This document shows, one piece after another, positions 1 through 9,939 of a DNA stretch of 64,000 nucleotides. The stretch lies in contig CAZVDP010000010.1 in NCBI GenBank assembly GCA_964625945.1, positions 38,166 to 102,165 of the forward strand, written 5' to 3'. Source of the DNA: an uncultured Dehalococcoidia bacterium. Lineage in GTDB: Bacteria > Chloroflexota > Dehalococcoidia > Lucifugimonadales > UBA1127. Position numbers and translations under genes: made by a program. Every line of letters begins with the position of its first letter. Position 1 is the first letter of the stretch. Under the pieces are notes generated by a model. It did not search any database. It saw only the letters and a program-made list of their open reading frames with translations, and had not been told where the DNA came from.

Positions 1-53
1 CTGTAGAAAACTTGCGGCCAATATGTTGCGATTCGGTTGATATCGAATAGCCT

Positions 54-599
54 TTACTCCAGCCTTGGAAAGCGTGTAATCCAGATCACGGCATCAAGCA
101 CCACACAATGAAACGTGATATATGTGAGCCCGAGAAGACCGACAAAGCTATTTCGAGACGGCTCAGCGACGTACAGGAGTGTGGTGAGGGATAGCAGAGC
201 GATTAACGAAAAAGCTGTTACCCAAAGTGCAGTCGTCGCAGCATGCCACCATGCGATGTGTCCAGTGCTAAGGTATGAGAGTGTGGCAGGCATCCATATA
301 GATGAAGAAAGAAGGAACAATACGGTAAAAATGTGAGGTAGAATCCTAATAAGTAGCATGCTGTTTTGGAGCTCTAGTACGCCGCCTCGAAATAGCATTG
401 AATGTGCAAAAATTAGGTAGCCAATTGCCGCTGGGAGCATCGAGAGAGTGAATATTATTCTCCAACGTCCATCTATGCCGCCCCAAAGACTCTGTCTCAA
501 TTCAGGAAAAGCCATGATTCCATAAACATAGCTTCCAAGTACGGCAATGCCACCGATAATGTTTATAAGACCAAATATGTAGGAACTCGACACGGTCAT
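54..599 (-). CDS. hypothetical integral membrane protein (about 5 TM helices)
   Basis: 181-aa ORF with several hydrophobic stretches; SD GGAGGTGA directly upstream of the ATG. Confidence 0.75.
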   Translation of the reverse strand: MTVSSSYIFGLINIIGGIAVLGSYVYGIMAFPELRQSLWGGIDGRWRIIFTLSMLPAAIGYLIFAHSMLFRGGVLELQNSMLLIRILPHIFTVLFLLSSSIWMPATLSYLSTGHIAWWHAATTALWVTAFSLIALLSLTTLLYVAEPSRNSFVGLLGLTYITFHCVVLDAVIWITRFPRLE

Positions 600-666
600 C
601 TCACCTCCAAGGCCTACGAGTTTATCTCGCCAAGCGGTGACCGGTAAAGCATTGCAAACTGAATTG

Positions 667-675
667 TGCTATAAC
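667..675 (+). promoter_or_regulatory. putative extended -10 promoter for the DNA methyltransferase
   Basis: TGcTATAAC about 30 nt upstream of the GTG at 705. Confidence 0.4.
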
Positions 676-704
676 ACAACCAACGTTATGGATCGGAGTC
701 ACGT

Positions 705-1610
705 GTGAAGAAGAGGCGAGGCACCCAGACGAGTAACTTCGGCTCCGCTGGCAGGTTCAGCCATGACGCTTCGGGCTTCTATGCCAGTCGCCTTTACAGT
801 GAGACTCCCAAACAAACGGAGACTTCTTACTCGGAATCACCACTTCCTAGCGCCGCTGAAAACAGAATCTTTTGTCACTCAAGTGAGCTCATGTCCGAAT
901 TACCTGATAAGAGTGTTCACCTGATGGTAACTTCCCCGCCATATAACGTTGGGAAAATGTACGATGATGACCTTACCTTGGACGAGTACATTGCCTTTAT
1001 TGGCAGGGTTATGGGAGAAGTTCACCGAGTCCTTGTTCCAGGGGGAAGACTTTGTCTGAACGTGGCAAACATTGGCCGGAAACCATACCTCTCTTTAGAA
1101 GCTCTCATGACAGCCAAGCTGCTTTCACTCGGTTTTTTAATGCGTGGACAAGTGATCTGGGATAAAGCAGCGAGCTCGACCGGATCGACTGCGTGGGGAA
1201 GTTGGGCATCAGCAACGAACCCGACGCTACGGGACATTCATGAATACATTCTGGTGTTTTCCAAAGGAATGTTCGCGCGACCCAAAATTGTTGGTCGCAA
1301 TTCGACAATTACCCGAGATGACTTTCTGGAACTTACCAAAAGCATATGGCGTTTCCCCGCAGAATCCGCTAGAAGAGTTAAACATCCAGCGCCATTCCCA
1401 GTGGAATTACCTCGTCGCTGTATTGAATTGTATACCTATACGGATGAGGTGGTCCTCGACCCGTTTATGGGCTCGGGCTCGACAGCGATAGCCGCTGTTG
1501 AATCTGGTAGACGCTTCGTTGGATATGAAACAGATAATGCGTTCGTAGAACTCTGCGGCAGGCGGCTACGTCCAATTGTCGAAGCTACGTGCGAAGTCCA
1601 TGAATCGTGA
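705..1610 (+). CDS. site-specific DNA methyltransferase, N4-cytosine/N6-adenine family, beta class
   Basis: motif IV VTSPPY precedes HPAPFP and SAM-binding motif I LDPFMGSGST. Confidence 0.92.
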   Translation: MKKRRGTQTSNFGSAGRFSHDASGFYASRLYSETPKQTETSYSESPLPSAAENRIFCHSSELMSELPDKSVHLMVTSPPYNVGKMYDDDLTLDEYIAFIGRVMGEVHRVLVPGGRLCLNVANIGRKPYLSLEALMTAKLLSLGFLMRGQVIWDKAASSTGSTAWGSWASATNPTLRDIHEYILVFSKGMFARPKIVGRNSTITRDDFLELTKSIWRFPAESARRVKHPAPFPVELPRRCIELYTYTDEVVLDPFMGSGSTAIAAVESGRRFVGYETDNAFVELCGRRLRPIVEATCEVHES

Positions 1611-1775
1611 CACTCTGAGGCATTCGATCTTGAAAAAGCCATAGCTTGTCGCCTCGATCTGCTAATTCGCGAGGAAGTGAAGCTCAAGACTTGCTGGGAT
1701 GATGCGGCATGCTTGTCCGGCGATTGTATCTTTTTGTAGGCATTCAAACGGCGACAGCTGTGAGTTAAGGGGCCG

Positions 1776-2309
1776 CTATCCAGGGCCAGATGAGTTGTCA
1801 GTATTCCTCGGGTGTATCGCGGCAGCTAATTCCGGCGCTCTTTGTGACCCAATCATTAAAGTTGTTCCGTCAGCTAGGTTCAGAAGAACACCTTGATTGC
1901 CACTCACGTTGTATGCTTTGCCGGGCCCACCATATCGGATACCCCAACCGCCATAATCTCGGATCGGGCGGTATGTCTTTGCTTCGGCGGCGGTGATCGA
2001 AGCGAAGTCGAAACTTTGCCAGTTTCTGTGGATGGGAGTGAATCGGACTCGCACTATGTCTTCGTAAACCTGCGTTTGAAGACCGGCGCGGAAGAGCAAA
2101 ATAGGCAGGACAATTCCGAAGACCAACGTAAACATGGCTAAAACAAAAAATGTGACGATCCCTTCACTTTCACTTGTAATTTTGAAAAACTCAGCAATGG
2201 TTGCCCAGATGAGGAAAACTGGGCCAGGAATGACGATCGCCCAAAGCCACCATTGGCGAAACCGCTGACTCTCTGTGAATATGGGTGTGCACGTTGGCAT
2301 AGGTCTCAA
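1776..2309 (-). CDS. DUF6141-like membrane protein
   Basis: FTESQRFRQWWLW, two TM helices, YRPIRDYGGWGIR and AYNVSGNQG motifs. Confidence 0.75.
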   Translation of the reverse strand: MRPMPTCTPIFTESQRFRQWWLWAIVIPGPVFLIWATIAEFFKITSESEGIVTFFVLAMFTLVFGIVLPILLFRAGLQTQVYEDIVRVRFTPIHRNWQSFDFASITAAEAKTYRPIRDYGGWGIRYGGPGKAYNVSGNQGVLLNLADGTTLMIGSQRAPELAAAIHPRNTDNSSGPG

Positions 2310-3520
2310 TTCCTGATCAGCGGTGTTTGTTCCAGTCGGAAAATTGATCCATCGAAAGCAAGTATATAGATTTCTCCGTCGTTGTCCTCCGCGAAACTTG
2401 CTATTTGCGTAGAGCTGTCCAGTAGCTCTTGGTTAAGTACGGTATTTCCGTCACTCTGACTCAAACCCCAAATCTTGCCGCTACAAAAGTCCCCGTAAAT
2501 ATACATTCCATAAAGTGATGGGATGCGTTGTCCCCGATACACATAGCCGCCAGTGATCGAACAGCTCCCATTTTCGTGGGGGTAAGAATGGATTGGCCTT
2601 ATGAGGTTCTCTGCTTCACAGGAGGTGTTCATGCGGTAGCAGTCTTCGCCTTCCATGATATTCCATCCGTAATTCCCTCCTCGGATAATCACATCGACTT
2701 CTTCGTAGCGATTTTGTCCGACATCCCCTGCCCACAAAGCGCCCGTTTCTTGGTCAAACGAAAAACGCCACGGATTCCGGAATCCATAGGCCCATATTTC
2801 TCCTCTGAATTTAGGACTATCGTCAACAAATGGATTATCTGGTGGAATGCGGTACGGTCGCTCAGCGCTGCTTTCTGCCACATCAATCCGCAGGATTGAT
2901 CCAAGGAGCGTGCTCCCATCCTGGCCGTTCCGTTGGGGGTCACCGCTGGAGCCGCCATCACCTAGGCCAATATACAAATAACCATCGGGTCCAAAGGCGA
3001 GTTGGCCACCATTGTGATTCCTGTACGGTTGAGGGACTTCCAAGATTACCATTTCTGTTCCGGGATTTTGGTCGGCGAATCGCGAGACGACCGAGCGTCG
3101 GGGGTTGTTTGCTGAATAATGTACAAAAATGAATCTGTTGTCCGCATAGTCTGGGTGGAATGCCAACCCCAGCAATCCTTCTTCATTCCCGCCTCGATGG
3201 ACCCGCTCGGTTATATCCAGGAATAATACAGCCTCATCATTTGTGTCCCTCGTCAACTGCCAGATTTGTCCTTCTTGGGTTGCAAGGTAGTGACGATTGA
3301 GTGAGAAATCACCGGTTTGGAAGGAGATTGGTCGAGGATGGACCACATTCGAAAACACCTGTTTTAGTCTTAGTCGGACTGCTTCTCCACCGGGAGGCTT
3401 GTCCGGTTGAATCGCTGTTCCCGTCAATTGATCTCCCAGAACGGATTGTTCTTGGTGCGTTTCGCATGAGATCGAAAGAATTGCGATGAAGATCGCGAGG
3501 AGGCCAAGTCTTCTGAACAT
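2306..3520 (-). CDS. PQQ-dependent glucose/sorbosone dehydrogenase family lipoprotein
   Basis: EEGLLGLAFHP, NHNGGQLAFGPDGYLY, YGFRNPWRFSFD, GGNYGW; lipobox-like ISC; start moved to MFRRLG. Confidence 0.9.
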   Translation of the reverse strand: MFRRLGLLAIFIAILSISCETHQEQSVLGDQLTGTAIQPDKPPGGEAVRLRLKQVFSNVVHPRPISFQTGDFSLNRHYLATQEGQIWQLTRDTNDEAVLFLDITERVHRGGNEEGLLGLAFHPDYADNRFIFVHYSANNPRRSVVSRFADQNPGTEMVILEVPQPYRNHNGGQLAFGPDGYLYIGLGDGGSSGDPQRNGQDGSTLLGSILRIDVAESSAERPYRIPPDNPFVDDSPKFRGEIWAYGFRNPWRFSFDQETGALWAGDVGQNRYEEVDVIIRGGNYGWNIMEGEDCYRMNTSCEAENLIRPIHSYPHENGSCSITGGYVYRGQRIPSLYGMYIYGDFCSGKIWGLSQSDGNTVLNQELLDSSTQIASFAEDNDGEIYILAFDGSIFRLEQTPLIRN

Positions 3521-3616
3521 CGGGTGTGCCTGCTGCTGTTGGTCCGAACGATAACACATTTATACTCCCGGGAAAGATAATTGTAAACATTTTGATAGGC
3601 TAACATCGAACGATCT

Positions 3617-3625
3617 TGCTATAAT
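3617..3625 (+). promoter_or_regulatory. extended -10 promoter of tRNA-Gly
   Basis: perfect TGcTATAAT ending 8 nt before the tRNA. Confidence 0.7.
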
Positions 3626-3633
3626 GGAATTGC

Positions 3634-3708
3634 GCGGGAGTAACTCAGTGGTAGAGTCCCTGCCTTCCAAGCAGGTTGTCGCGGGTTCGAATCCCGTCTC
3701 CCGCTCCA
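3634..3708 (+). tRNA. tRNA-Gly (anticodon TCC)
   Basis: GCGGGAG/CTCCCGC acceptor stem, CCTGC-CTTCCAA-GCAGG anticodon arm, GGTTCGAATCC T-arm, encoded CCA. Confidence 0.97.
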
Positions 3709-3732
3709 TTCGGATTCATGCGAGGAGGTTTT

Positions 3733-4731
3733 ATGACCACTCTTTTAGATGCAGCCGTAAAGCGGCGTGGCGGTACAAATAAAATTCTTGGGGACACTGG
3801 CAAACCTCTTCTCGTCATCGTATCAGGCGATAATATTGATGCAATGGTTGACGCGGGCCTTGAAGCAATCGGCGGATTAAACCGTTATCTTCAGGGAACA
3901 GATCATGTTCTTCTCAAACCAAACACGAATCAACGGGATCCTTTTCCTTCGATCACTGATCCGGCGACAATCCGGGCGGTCGGGCGGCATTGCTCAAACA
4001 CGGGGGTTACACGGATTTCTGTTCATGAAGATCACAAGGCAGAGATGGACTTCTATTACGACCCGTCCGAACTGCCTGGTATGGAGATGGTCCTCTCCCA
4101 TGCGCCGACAGTTGACGATTATGTTCTCGTAGAACATAAAGGCTGGCATGGTGATGTGGATCCACAACAAGCCTTCGCCGACCTCGACCGACAAGGGCTG
4201 GTGAAACGGCTTCTGGAAGACGATTTCACACGGACGGAAGGCTCACGCCTCCGCGTCGCACGTGAATTGCAAGAGGCGGCGTTTATCATCAATATGCCCG
4301 TCGTGAAGCGACATTTCGCGGGGCAGATCACTAGCGCTCTAAAGAACCACTTCGGTTCCGTCTATGGCCCACAACGCTGGTTGGCTCATGCTTCATTACA
4401 AACCAATCGAGACTATTTTGATCGCAAATTAATAGAGTTCGCCTCAGCAGTTCGGCCGGAACTGACAATTACGGATGCCCGGTCTATTCAGGCTGTTTCT
4501 GGTCCTAATCGGGGAGAAGATACCCGTATCGTGGAAGGCGTCAATCGCCTGATTATTACTGGTGACATGGTGGCGGCAGATACAGTCGCCATTGAGCTGA
4601 TGCGCGAATATGATACAACCTTCACGGCAGCTAACGAGGAAATCCTGCGGCGGCAACATGCCCATGCTGAAGAACTCGGTCTTGGAACGCGAGATCTTTC
4701 GAAATTCGAGATTATCGAAGTGTCACTCTGA
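3733..4731 (+). CDS. DUF362 domain-containing protein
   Basis: VLLKPN, IINMPVVKRH, ALKNHFG and DMVAAD motifs; SD GAGGAGG before ATG 3733 (the longer ORF-track start lies inside the tRNA). Confidence 0.8.
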   Translation: MTTLLDAAVKRRGGTNKILGDTGKPLLVIVSGDNIDAMVDAGLEAIGGLNRYLQGTDHVLLKPNTNQRDPFPSITDPATIRAVGRHCSNTGVTRISVHEDHKAEMDFYYDPSELPGMEMVLSHAPTVDDYVLVEHKGWHGDVDPQQAFADLDRQGLVKRLLEDDFTRTEGSRLRVARELQEAAFIINMPVVKRHFAGQITSALKNHFGSVYGPQRWLAHASLQTNRDYFDRKLIEFASAVRPELTITDARSIQAVSGPNRGEDTRIVEGVNRLIITGDMVAADTVAIELMREYDTTFTAANEEILRRQHAHAEELGLGTRDLSKFEIIEVSL

Positions 4732-4807
4732 TAGACCCACTCTGTGGAACAGTTCGTTCCAATAAGTACAGAAGATTTCGAATACTAACACCGCAGTGAG
4801 GTGGGTA

Positions 4808-5461
4808 ATGGGACAAAAGGAACCGACTCGGGTTTCAGATCTCTATCCGTATTTCGCGCAGTATCATGGAATGGTGTCGCGGGAGATCAACGGTCTCACC
4901 GAAACTCAGCTCGACTGGGACAGTACTGAATGGGAATGGGCTCTATGGAGTATCCGCCGAGACATTAGTCATGTGGCTTCGCATCTATTCCGCCAATATC
5001 TTCTCCCTAAATATTGGGGAGACGTTCTGTTCCCGGTGCACAAACCCTTCGCGGACGATGTCCATGACCTTGCAGCATTACCGACTAGGAGACTCCACGA
5101 AGACCGCTGGTGGGCCATGGATTCTATTATGGAAAAGCTTGAACAAGGGTTGGAGATAGTCCAGGGGATTATGACCACGGAGACACTGGAAACGATTCAA
5201 CAAAAGACGATCATCTACGACAATCCGCCAGGCTACCACGTGCTGGCGCATTGGTACCCTGAAACCTGTTGGCCGCACCCAGAATTAACAGGCCACTGGG
5301 TAATGACTCTCGAAGGGTCATTGCATCATAGCGAATGCGAATTGATTACCCACCTGTACAATATCCAACGACATAAGCGGGCACAGGGGATTCTCGCGAC
5401 GGAGCCATTGCCGCCGATCGGATATTGGACACTGAAAGACTGGGACAGAAGCGAACCGTAA
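4808..5461 (+). CDS. DinB/YfiT-like four-helix-bundle protein
   Basis: GLTETQLDW...WSIRRDISHVA and C-terminal His pattern HH...THLYNI. Confidence 0.65.
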   Translation: MGQKEPTRVSDLYPYFAQYHGMVSREINGLTETQLDWDSTEWEWALWSIRRDISHVASHLFRQYLLPKYWGDVLFPVHKPFADDVHDLAALPTRRLHEDRWWAMDSIMEKLEQGLEIVQGIMTTETLETIQQKTIIYDNPPGYHVLAHWYPETCWPHPELTGHWVMTLEGSLHHSECELITHLYNIQRHKRAQGILATEPLPPIGYWTLKDWDRSEP

Positions 5462-5484
5462 CTGAGAAATGCTCGCTTTCCTGC

Positions 5485-5513
5485 TTGACGCCCTAATAGG
5501 GCTAAGGTAGTCT
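5485..5513 (+). promoter_or_regulatory. sigma70-type promoter with palindrome in the spacer
   Basis: TTGACG-N17-TAGTCT; GCCCTA-A-TAGGGC at 5490-5502. Confidence 0.5.
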
Positions 5514-5540
5514 ACGACAGACCATTCTGAAGGAGCAGAT

Positions 5541-6734
5541 ATGTATAAGACGTACAAAATCATCGATGCTGATGCCCATATTACGGAACCCAATGACCTT
5601 TGGAGCGATTTCATGGAGGCCGAATTTTATGATCGGCGTCCTATCGTTGGCGACCCGGATGATGATCGGCGGGGCGCCCGCAGAACCTTCGGACCATGCG
5701 AATTGTTTCCTGAGGGAACGAAGCCAAAAGGTACACTGATGGGTGGTGGCCATCAGCGCAAAGCGAAACGGACACTTCTCGATTTTATGCCTGAAAAATA
5801 TGGGAAAGCTTGGGATGCAATCTTCAGCCCTGAGAGTAGAGTAGAAGACATGGACCGTCTTGGCTGGGACAAGATGGTCTGTATCGACAACTTCCCTGGC
5901 CCATTGCGCGGTATCCAGGAAGGCGCCGACCAGGCACTCTTAAATGCCTGTGCGCGGGCTTACAATAATTACTCACGTTCTTTCTGTGATACCGATCCGA
6001 GCAAGTTAAAAATGGTCGGTGTTGTTCCGGACCAGCATGATTTCGAAAACCTCGTCAAAGAAGCGCGACGAGCCGTCGCCGAACTTGATGCGGTTACGGT
6101 CATCGTTCCGCGCCCACAGCTGGGGACGAAGTGGCATGATCCTCGGTACGAGCCCTTCTGGGCCCTTGCAGAAGAACTCGACTTCCCGATGTCGTTTCAC
6201 GGTGTGCAAAGCGCCCCCCCACGTGTTGGGCAACGCTATCAACCGCGTCACATGGTGACCGGACCGGAAGTCGCGCTTGAACATGCAATGAGTTTCTCTT
6301 TCGAGAACATGGTCTCTTTTGGTCATGTCTGCTTCATGGGACTTCTCGAAAAATTTCCCAAGATGCGATGTGGGTTTCTTGAAGGAAATGCGGGCTGGTT
6401 GCCATTCTGGTTATCCAGACTAGACGACCACAGCAAGCCGGGTTCCCGACAAGGCATGTGGTTTGATGAGGATCCACTACCGCTCTTGCCCAGTGAATAC
6501 TTCAAACGTCAATGCTACGTCGCTTGCGATCCTGACGAAGGTTCATTGAAAGGAGCAGTTCTCTTGGTCGGTGAAGATAACATCGTCTGGAACACCGATT
6601 ATTCGCATCCTGACGCTCCTGATCCGGACAAAGCTGCCCCGGATCTGCTTGCTCAAGATATCCCGGATTCGGCCAAACACAAGATTCTCTGGGATAACTC
6701 AGTCGGGCTATACGGAAAACGAATCCTCAGCTAA
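5541..6734 (+). CDS. amidohydrolase_2 family protein
   Basis: IIDADAH, FLEGNAGWLP, WNTDYSHPD, KILWDN; SD AAGGAG. Confidence 0.9.
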   Translation: MYKTYKIIDADAHITEPNDLWSDFMEAEFYDRRPIVGDPDDDRRGARRTFGPCELFPEGTKPKGTLMGGGHQRKAKRTLLDFMPEKYGKAWDAIFSPESRVEDMDRLGWDKMVCIDNFPGPLRGIQEGADQALLNACARAYNNYSRSFCDTDPSKLKMVGVVPDQHDFENLVKEARRAVAELDAVTVIVPRPQLGTKWHDPRYEPFWALAEELDFPMSFHGVQSAPPRVGQRYQPRHMVTGPEVALEHAMSFSFENMVSFGHVCFMGLLEKFPKMRCGFLEGNAGWLPFWLSRLDDHSKPGSRQGMWFDEDPLPLLPSEYFKRQCYVACDPDEGSLKGAVLLVGEDNIVWNTDYSHPDAPDPDKAAPDLLAQDIPDSAKHKILWDNSVGLYGKRILS

Positions 6735-6751
6735 TCCTTTAAAAGAAAACG

Positions 6752-6797
6752 AAGAGCCGGTGCCGGGTCTCTGCCAAGTACCGGCTCTTTGTATTTT
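6752..6797 (+). terminator. stem-loop / putative intrinsic terminator between the two amidohydrolase genes
   Basis: AAGAGCCGGTGC ... GTACCGGCTCTT inverted repeat followed by TGTATTTT. Confidence 0.5.
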
Positions 6798-6836
6798 CCA
6801 TCAATGTTGCAATTTCTATGTTTGGGAGTTCCATGT

Positions 6837-7970
6837 ATGGAAGAATTGAAATTAATATCGTCTGATTCTCATGTCGTTGAGCCGCCCACAGTATGGACCG
6901 AGCGCATGGACGCGTCTGTATGGGGTTCTCAAATACCACATGTACGAACTGGGGGCATTGACGATCCATATGATTCATGGTTTGTGGGAGACCGGAAGGT
7001 TGCAGGCACAGGCGCTGCTGCAGCAGCTGGCAAACGATTCGACGATCCCGGGGCGATTATCCAGGCCGGCCGATATAGTGACATTCTGCCCGGTGCATAC
7101 GATCCCATTGAACATTTGAGAGACATGGACATTGATGGGATTTTCGGAGGGATAGTGTACCCATCGGTAGCTCTCCCACTGTTCGGCCTCGAGGACCCTC
7201 GTCTCGTCCGGGCCATCCTTGATGCCTATAATTCTTGGGTGGCTGAGTTTTGTTCAGTGAACCCGCGACGATTGAAGGCTGCCGCCGGCGTGGTTCTCGA
7301 TGACGACATTCCTGGCGCCATAGAGAGCATGCAACAGGCGGTCCAACTTGGCTTATCCGCCATCATGATAAGTTCCTTCCCGAGAGAAGGGGAACGCTAC
7401 CACCTTCCGGGATATGAACCTTTCTGGGCGGCCGCAAACGATCTTGATATCCCGTTGAATTTCCATGTCACCACGAATCGGTTTGGAGGGCCGCAAATCA
7501 TCGTAGACGGCAAGCCGAATTTCAACGCAACCGATCGCTCAACCACAGACTTCTATGTCCGACAAAGCGTCGGCGATATGGTGTTTTCAGGGGTGTTTGA
7601 ACGCTTCCCGAAATTGAAAATGGTCTGCGTGGAACACGAACTTGGTTGGATTCCATTCTTTACGCAGAGAATGGATGTCCAGTACAAAGACCGACCTGAC
7701 ATGGCCGCCTATCGCTTCAAAGATGGGGCAATTCCAAGCGATTTCATGCGTAGGAACGTCTTTCACGGCTTCCAGGAAGACGCGTTGGGCATTCAGCTCC
7801 GTGACCTGATTGGTGTTGACCAAATGTTGTGGGGCTCAGACTACCCCCACGCGGAGTCTACATTCCCATACTCGAGAAGCATTCTTGATCGCATTCTGGA
7901 AGGTGTTCCCGATGGTGAACGGGCGAAGATGGTAGGCCTGAATGCTCAGCGCCTATACGAGTTCACTTGA
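6837..7970 (+). CDS. amidohydrolase_2 family protein
   Basis: ISSDSHVVEP, VEHELGWIP, WGSDYPHAESTFP; start at MEELK after SD GGGAG. Confidence 0.9.
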   Translation: MEELKLISSDSHVVEPPTVWTERMDASVWGSQIPHVRTGGIDDPYDSWFVGDRKVAGTGAAAAAGKRFDDPGAIIQAGRYSDILPGAYDPIEHLRDMDIDGIFGGIVYPSVALPLFGLEDPRLVRAILDAYNSWVAEFCSVNPRRLKAAAGVVLDDDIPGAIESMQQAVQLGLSAIMISSFPREGERYHLPGYEPFWAAANDLDIPLNFHVTTNRFGGPQIIVDGKPNFNATDRSTTDFYVRQSVGDMVFSGVFERFPKLKMVCVEHELGWIPFFTQRMDVQYKDRPDMAAYRFKDGAIPSDFMRRNVFHGFQEDALGIQLRDLIGVDQMLWGSDYPHAESTFPYSRSILDRILEGVPDGERAKMVGLNAQRLYEFT

Positions 7971-8006
7971 TCAGCAGTATTGAATAGAGTATCTCGGTTT
8001 TTGGAT

Positions 8007-8858
8007 TCAGGTAATTGTTTCCATCCAATCAAAGATGACAGTGTACAGACGAACTTCCCGCTCTTTGTAGCCGTGATTCGCTCCATCGACCGTCTCAACG
8101 TTCACATGAGGGAACTCGGCCGCTGTAACAGCTTTTCGTGCCGCGCCACAGACAGGAAGAATTTGTGGTCCAGCGCATTCCTCTGAGCCGAAAACAAAGA
8201 GTGTCGGGCAACGGGTGTTTTCAGCATGTCGGCTAACGCTATACCGGTTGTCTGGATGGAAACACTCGGTATACGCTTGAGCTGTCCACATAGAACCCCA
8301 TGGAACTCCCGGACGAAGGAAAGCATCAGGTGAGCCAGACGCAACATTTTTGGTGGCCTGTTCATACGGTCCAGTGAAGGCTTCATGGTGGAGGGCGATA
8401 ATACCCTCATGATTATATTCACCTGGTGAAACGGAGATAACGGCAACGACATTCGGACTGGGAGTCGTCGCCTGCGTGTAGACGGCACGGACTGCGCCAC
8501 CACTGTGACCACCGATCGCGATCTTGGTGTACCCTTTGTTTCGGAGGAAATCCACCCAAGCCCCGAAATCCAGAGGGGATTCGGCGACTGATTCAAACGC
8601 GTATCCCTGCAATCGACCCCCTGGGGCACCTCCGGCAACCATATCATGGCCACGCCGGTTCGCCGTGATAAACGCGATACCTCGCTGGGAAAAATACTCG
8701 CCCATGCCAAGATACAGAGGCCGATAAAAGTGTCCCCCGTCTCCGTGAAAGAAGACGAATGCGTCAATTGGCCCTGAAGCCATCTTGCTAGGGGTGAACA
8801 ATGCGCCCGATAAACTCAATCCGTCCGTTGTAGTGACTTCGACGAGGTCTGTCTGCAC
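8007..8858 (-). CDS. alpha/beta-fold hydrolase
   Basis: FFHGDGG oxyanion region, GHSGG nucleophile elbow, GANHGY catalytic His. Confidence 0.85.
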   Translation of the reverse strand: MQTDLVEVTTTDGLSLSGALFTPSKMASGPIDAFVFFHGDGGHFYRPLYLGMGEYFSQRGIAFITANRRGHDMVAGGAPGGRLQGYAFESVAESPLDFGAWVDFLRNKGYTKIAIGGHSGGAVRAVYTQATTPSPNVVAVISVSPGEYNHEGIIALHHEAFTGPYEQATKNVASGSPDAFLRPGVPWGSMWTAQAYTECFHPDNRYSVSRHAENTRCPTLFVFGSEECAGPQILPVCGAARKAVTAAEFPHVNVETVDGANHGYKEREVRLYTVIFDWMETIT

Positions 8859-8910
8859 GATTCCCTCCTCACAGCGAAATAGCGAGGCGTAGTTGACTTA
8901 TTACACTGGG

Positions 8911-9906
8911 TTATGGAGCAACATGCTCATTGACAGACGGGAAGGCCTTAACATCCCCAATGTCTTGGGCGGCTTGCCAAATGGCTTTGATACGATCCTT
9001 CGCCGTCTGTGTGACTTCTCCCTGTGGGTAGTTATTGACCTCCCACCACCACTCTAGGAATCCAGGAGGCAGACCTCGCGCTTCGGTCACTGCCTTGTTG
9101 ACTTCAGCCTGATTCTTTTTGTAGTAAGCGAGGGAGTCTCCAAGCAGAACACGAAGCTCGCGCAATGCGTCGGCCTTAGCAGCCACAACTTCAGGGTAAG
9201 TGGCGAGGACCGAATTCATCGATGAACCACCGGAAAGCTGTTGGAATTCTTGGGTGACGTTGGTCAGCATTGTAAATTCGGGATTGTTTAGCATCACGTA
9301 TCCAGGTATGTGGATCAGGACCGCGGCAGCAGCTTCCCCGCTTTTCAAGAGTTCCCCGTAAGTCGGCGGTGGCGCTTCAATAAACGAGATATCGCCACCT
9401 TGTAAACTTGTATCCAAACCGTAGCCCTTATGCAAGACGTATCGCGTCTCTAGAGTGAATGTCCCGCCAAAGGAGGGGACGACAACTGTTTTTCCAGCAA
9501 GGTCAGCCGGGCTCGTTATGCCGGAATCTTTCGCAGTAAATAATAGAGTCCCACCGAAATTCTCTAGGCCTGGGGAAAGAATGTTAAACATAAAGCCACC
9601 AGCCGCTGCTTTGGCAACGCCCACAGTGGCTGCTTCGATAACATCGTATTCCTTGGCCGGCGCAGCCTGAATTATAGTGGGGAGTGGGAGCAGGACGAAT
9701 TCAACGTCGATCGAATCCGAGGTGACGATTCCTTCGCGGATTGCATGAAGGACAGTATCGCGACTTGGATCGTCGAGGTAGGCGACACGTAAAGGCGTTT
9801 TCGGTCCTGATGCTTCTTCTGTGCAGGCGATGAACGAAAATAAACCGATTACCCCAAGGATAACCAGAAATGAAAGTTTTCGAAGGTAAGTCATGTGTTG
9901 TACCAC
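8911..9906 (-). CDS. ABC transporter substrate-binding lipoprotein (SsuA/TauA/THI5-like fold)
   Basis: lipobox FIAC, LRVAY, SGITSPADLAGKTV; adjacent to permease and ATPase. Confidence 0.8.
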   Translation of the reverse strand: MVQHMTYLRKLSFLVILGVIGLFSFIACTEEASGPKTPLRVAYLDDPSRDTVLHAIREGIVTSDSIDVEFVLLPLPTIIQAAPAKEYDVIEAATVGVAKAAAGGFMFNILSPGLENFGGTLLFTAKDSGITSPADLAGKTVVVPSFGGTFTLETRYVLHKGYGLDTSLQGGDISFIEAPPPTYGELLKSGEAAAAVLIHIPGYVMLNNPEFTMLTNVTQEFQQLSGGSSMNSVLATYPEVVAAKADALRELRVLLGDSLAYYKKNQAEVNKAVTEARGLPPGFLEWWWEVNNYPQGEVTQTAKDRIKAIWQAAQDIGDVKAFPSVNEHVAP

Positions 9907-9939
9907 GGAGGCCCCTTTCTCCTGTTTGGAACTTTTACA

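Noticed and set aside
1611-1739. Frame stays open for about 40 codons after the methyltransferase TGA
   Set aside because: The methyltransferase domain is already complete; there is no Cys-equivalent context or recognisable motif
3676-3732. N-terminal extension of the DUF362 ORF
   Set aside because: It overlaps tRNA-Gly; a strong SD supports ATG 3733
4746-4760. GGAAC-AGTTC-GTTCC as an SOS box before the DinB-fold gene
   Set aside because: The spacer is 5 nt, not the 4 nt required
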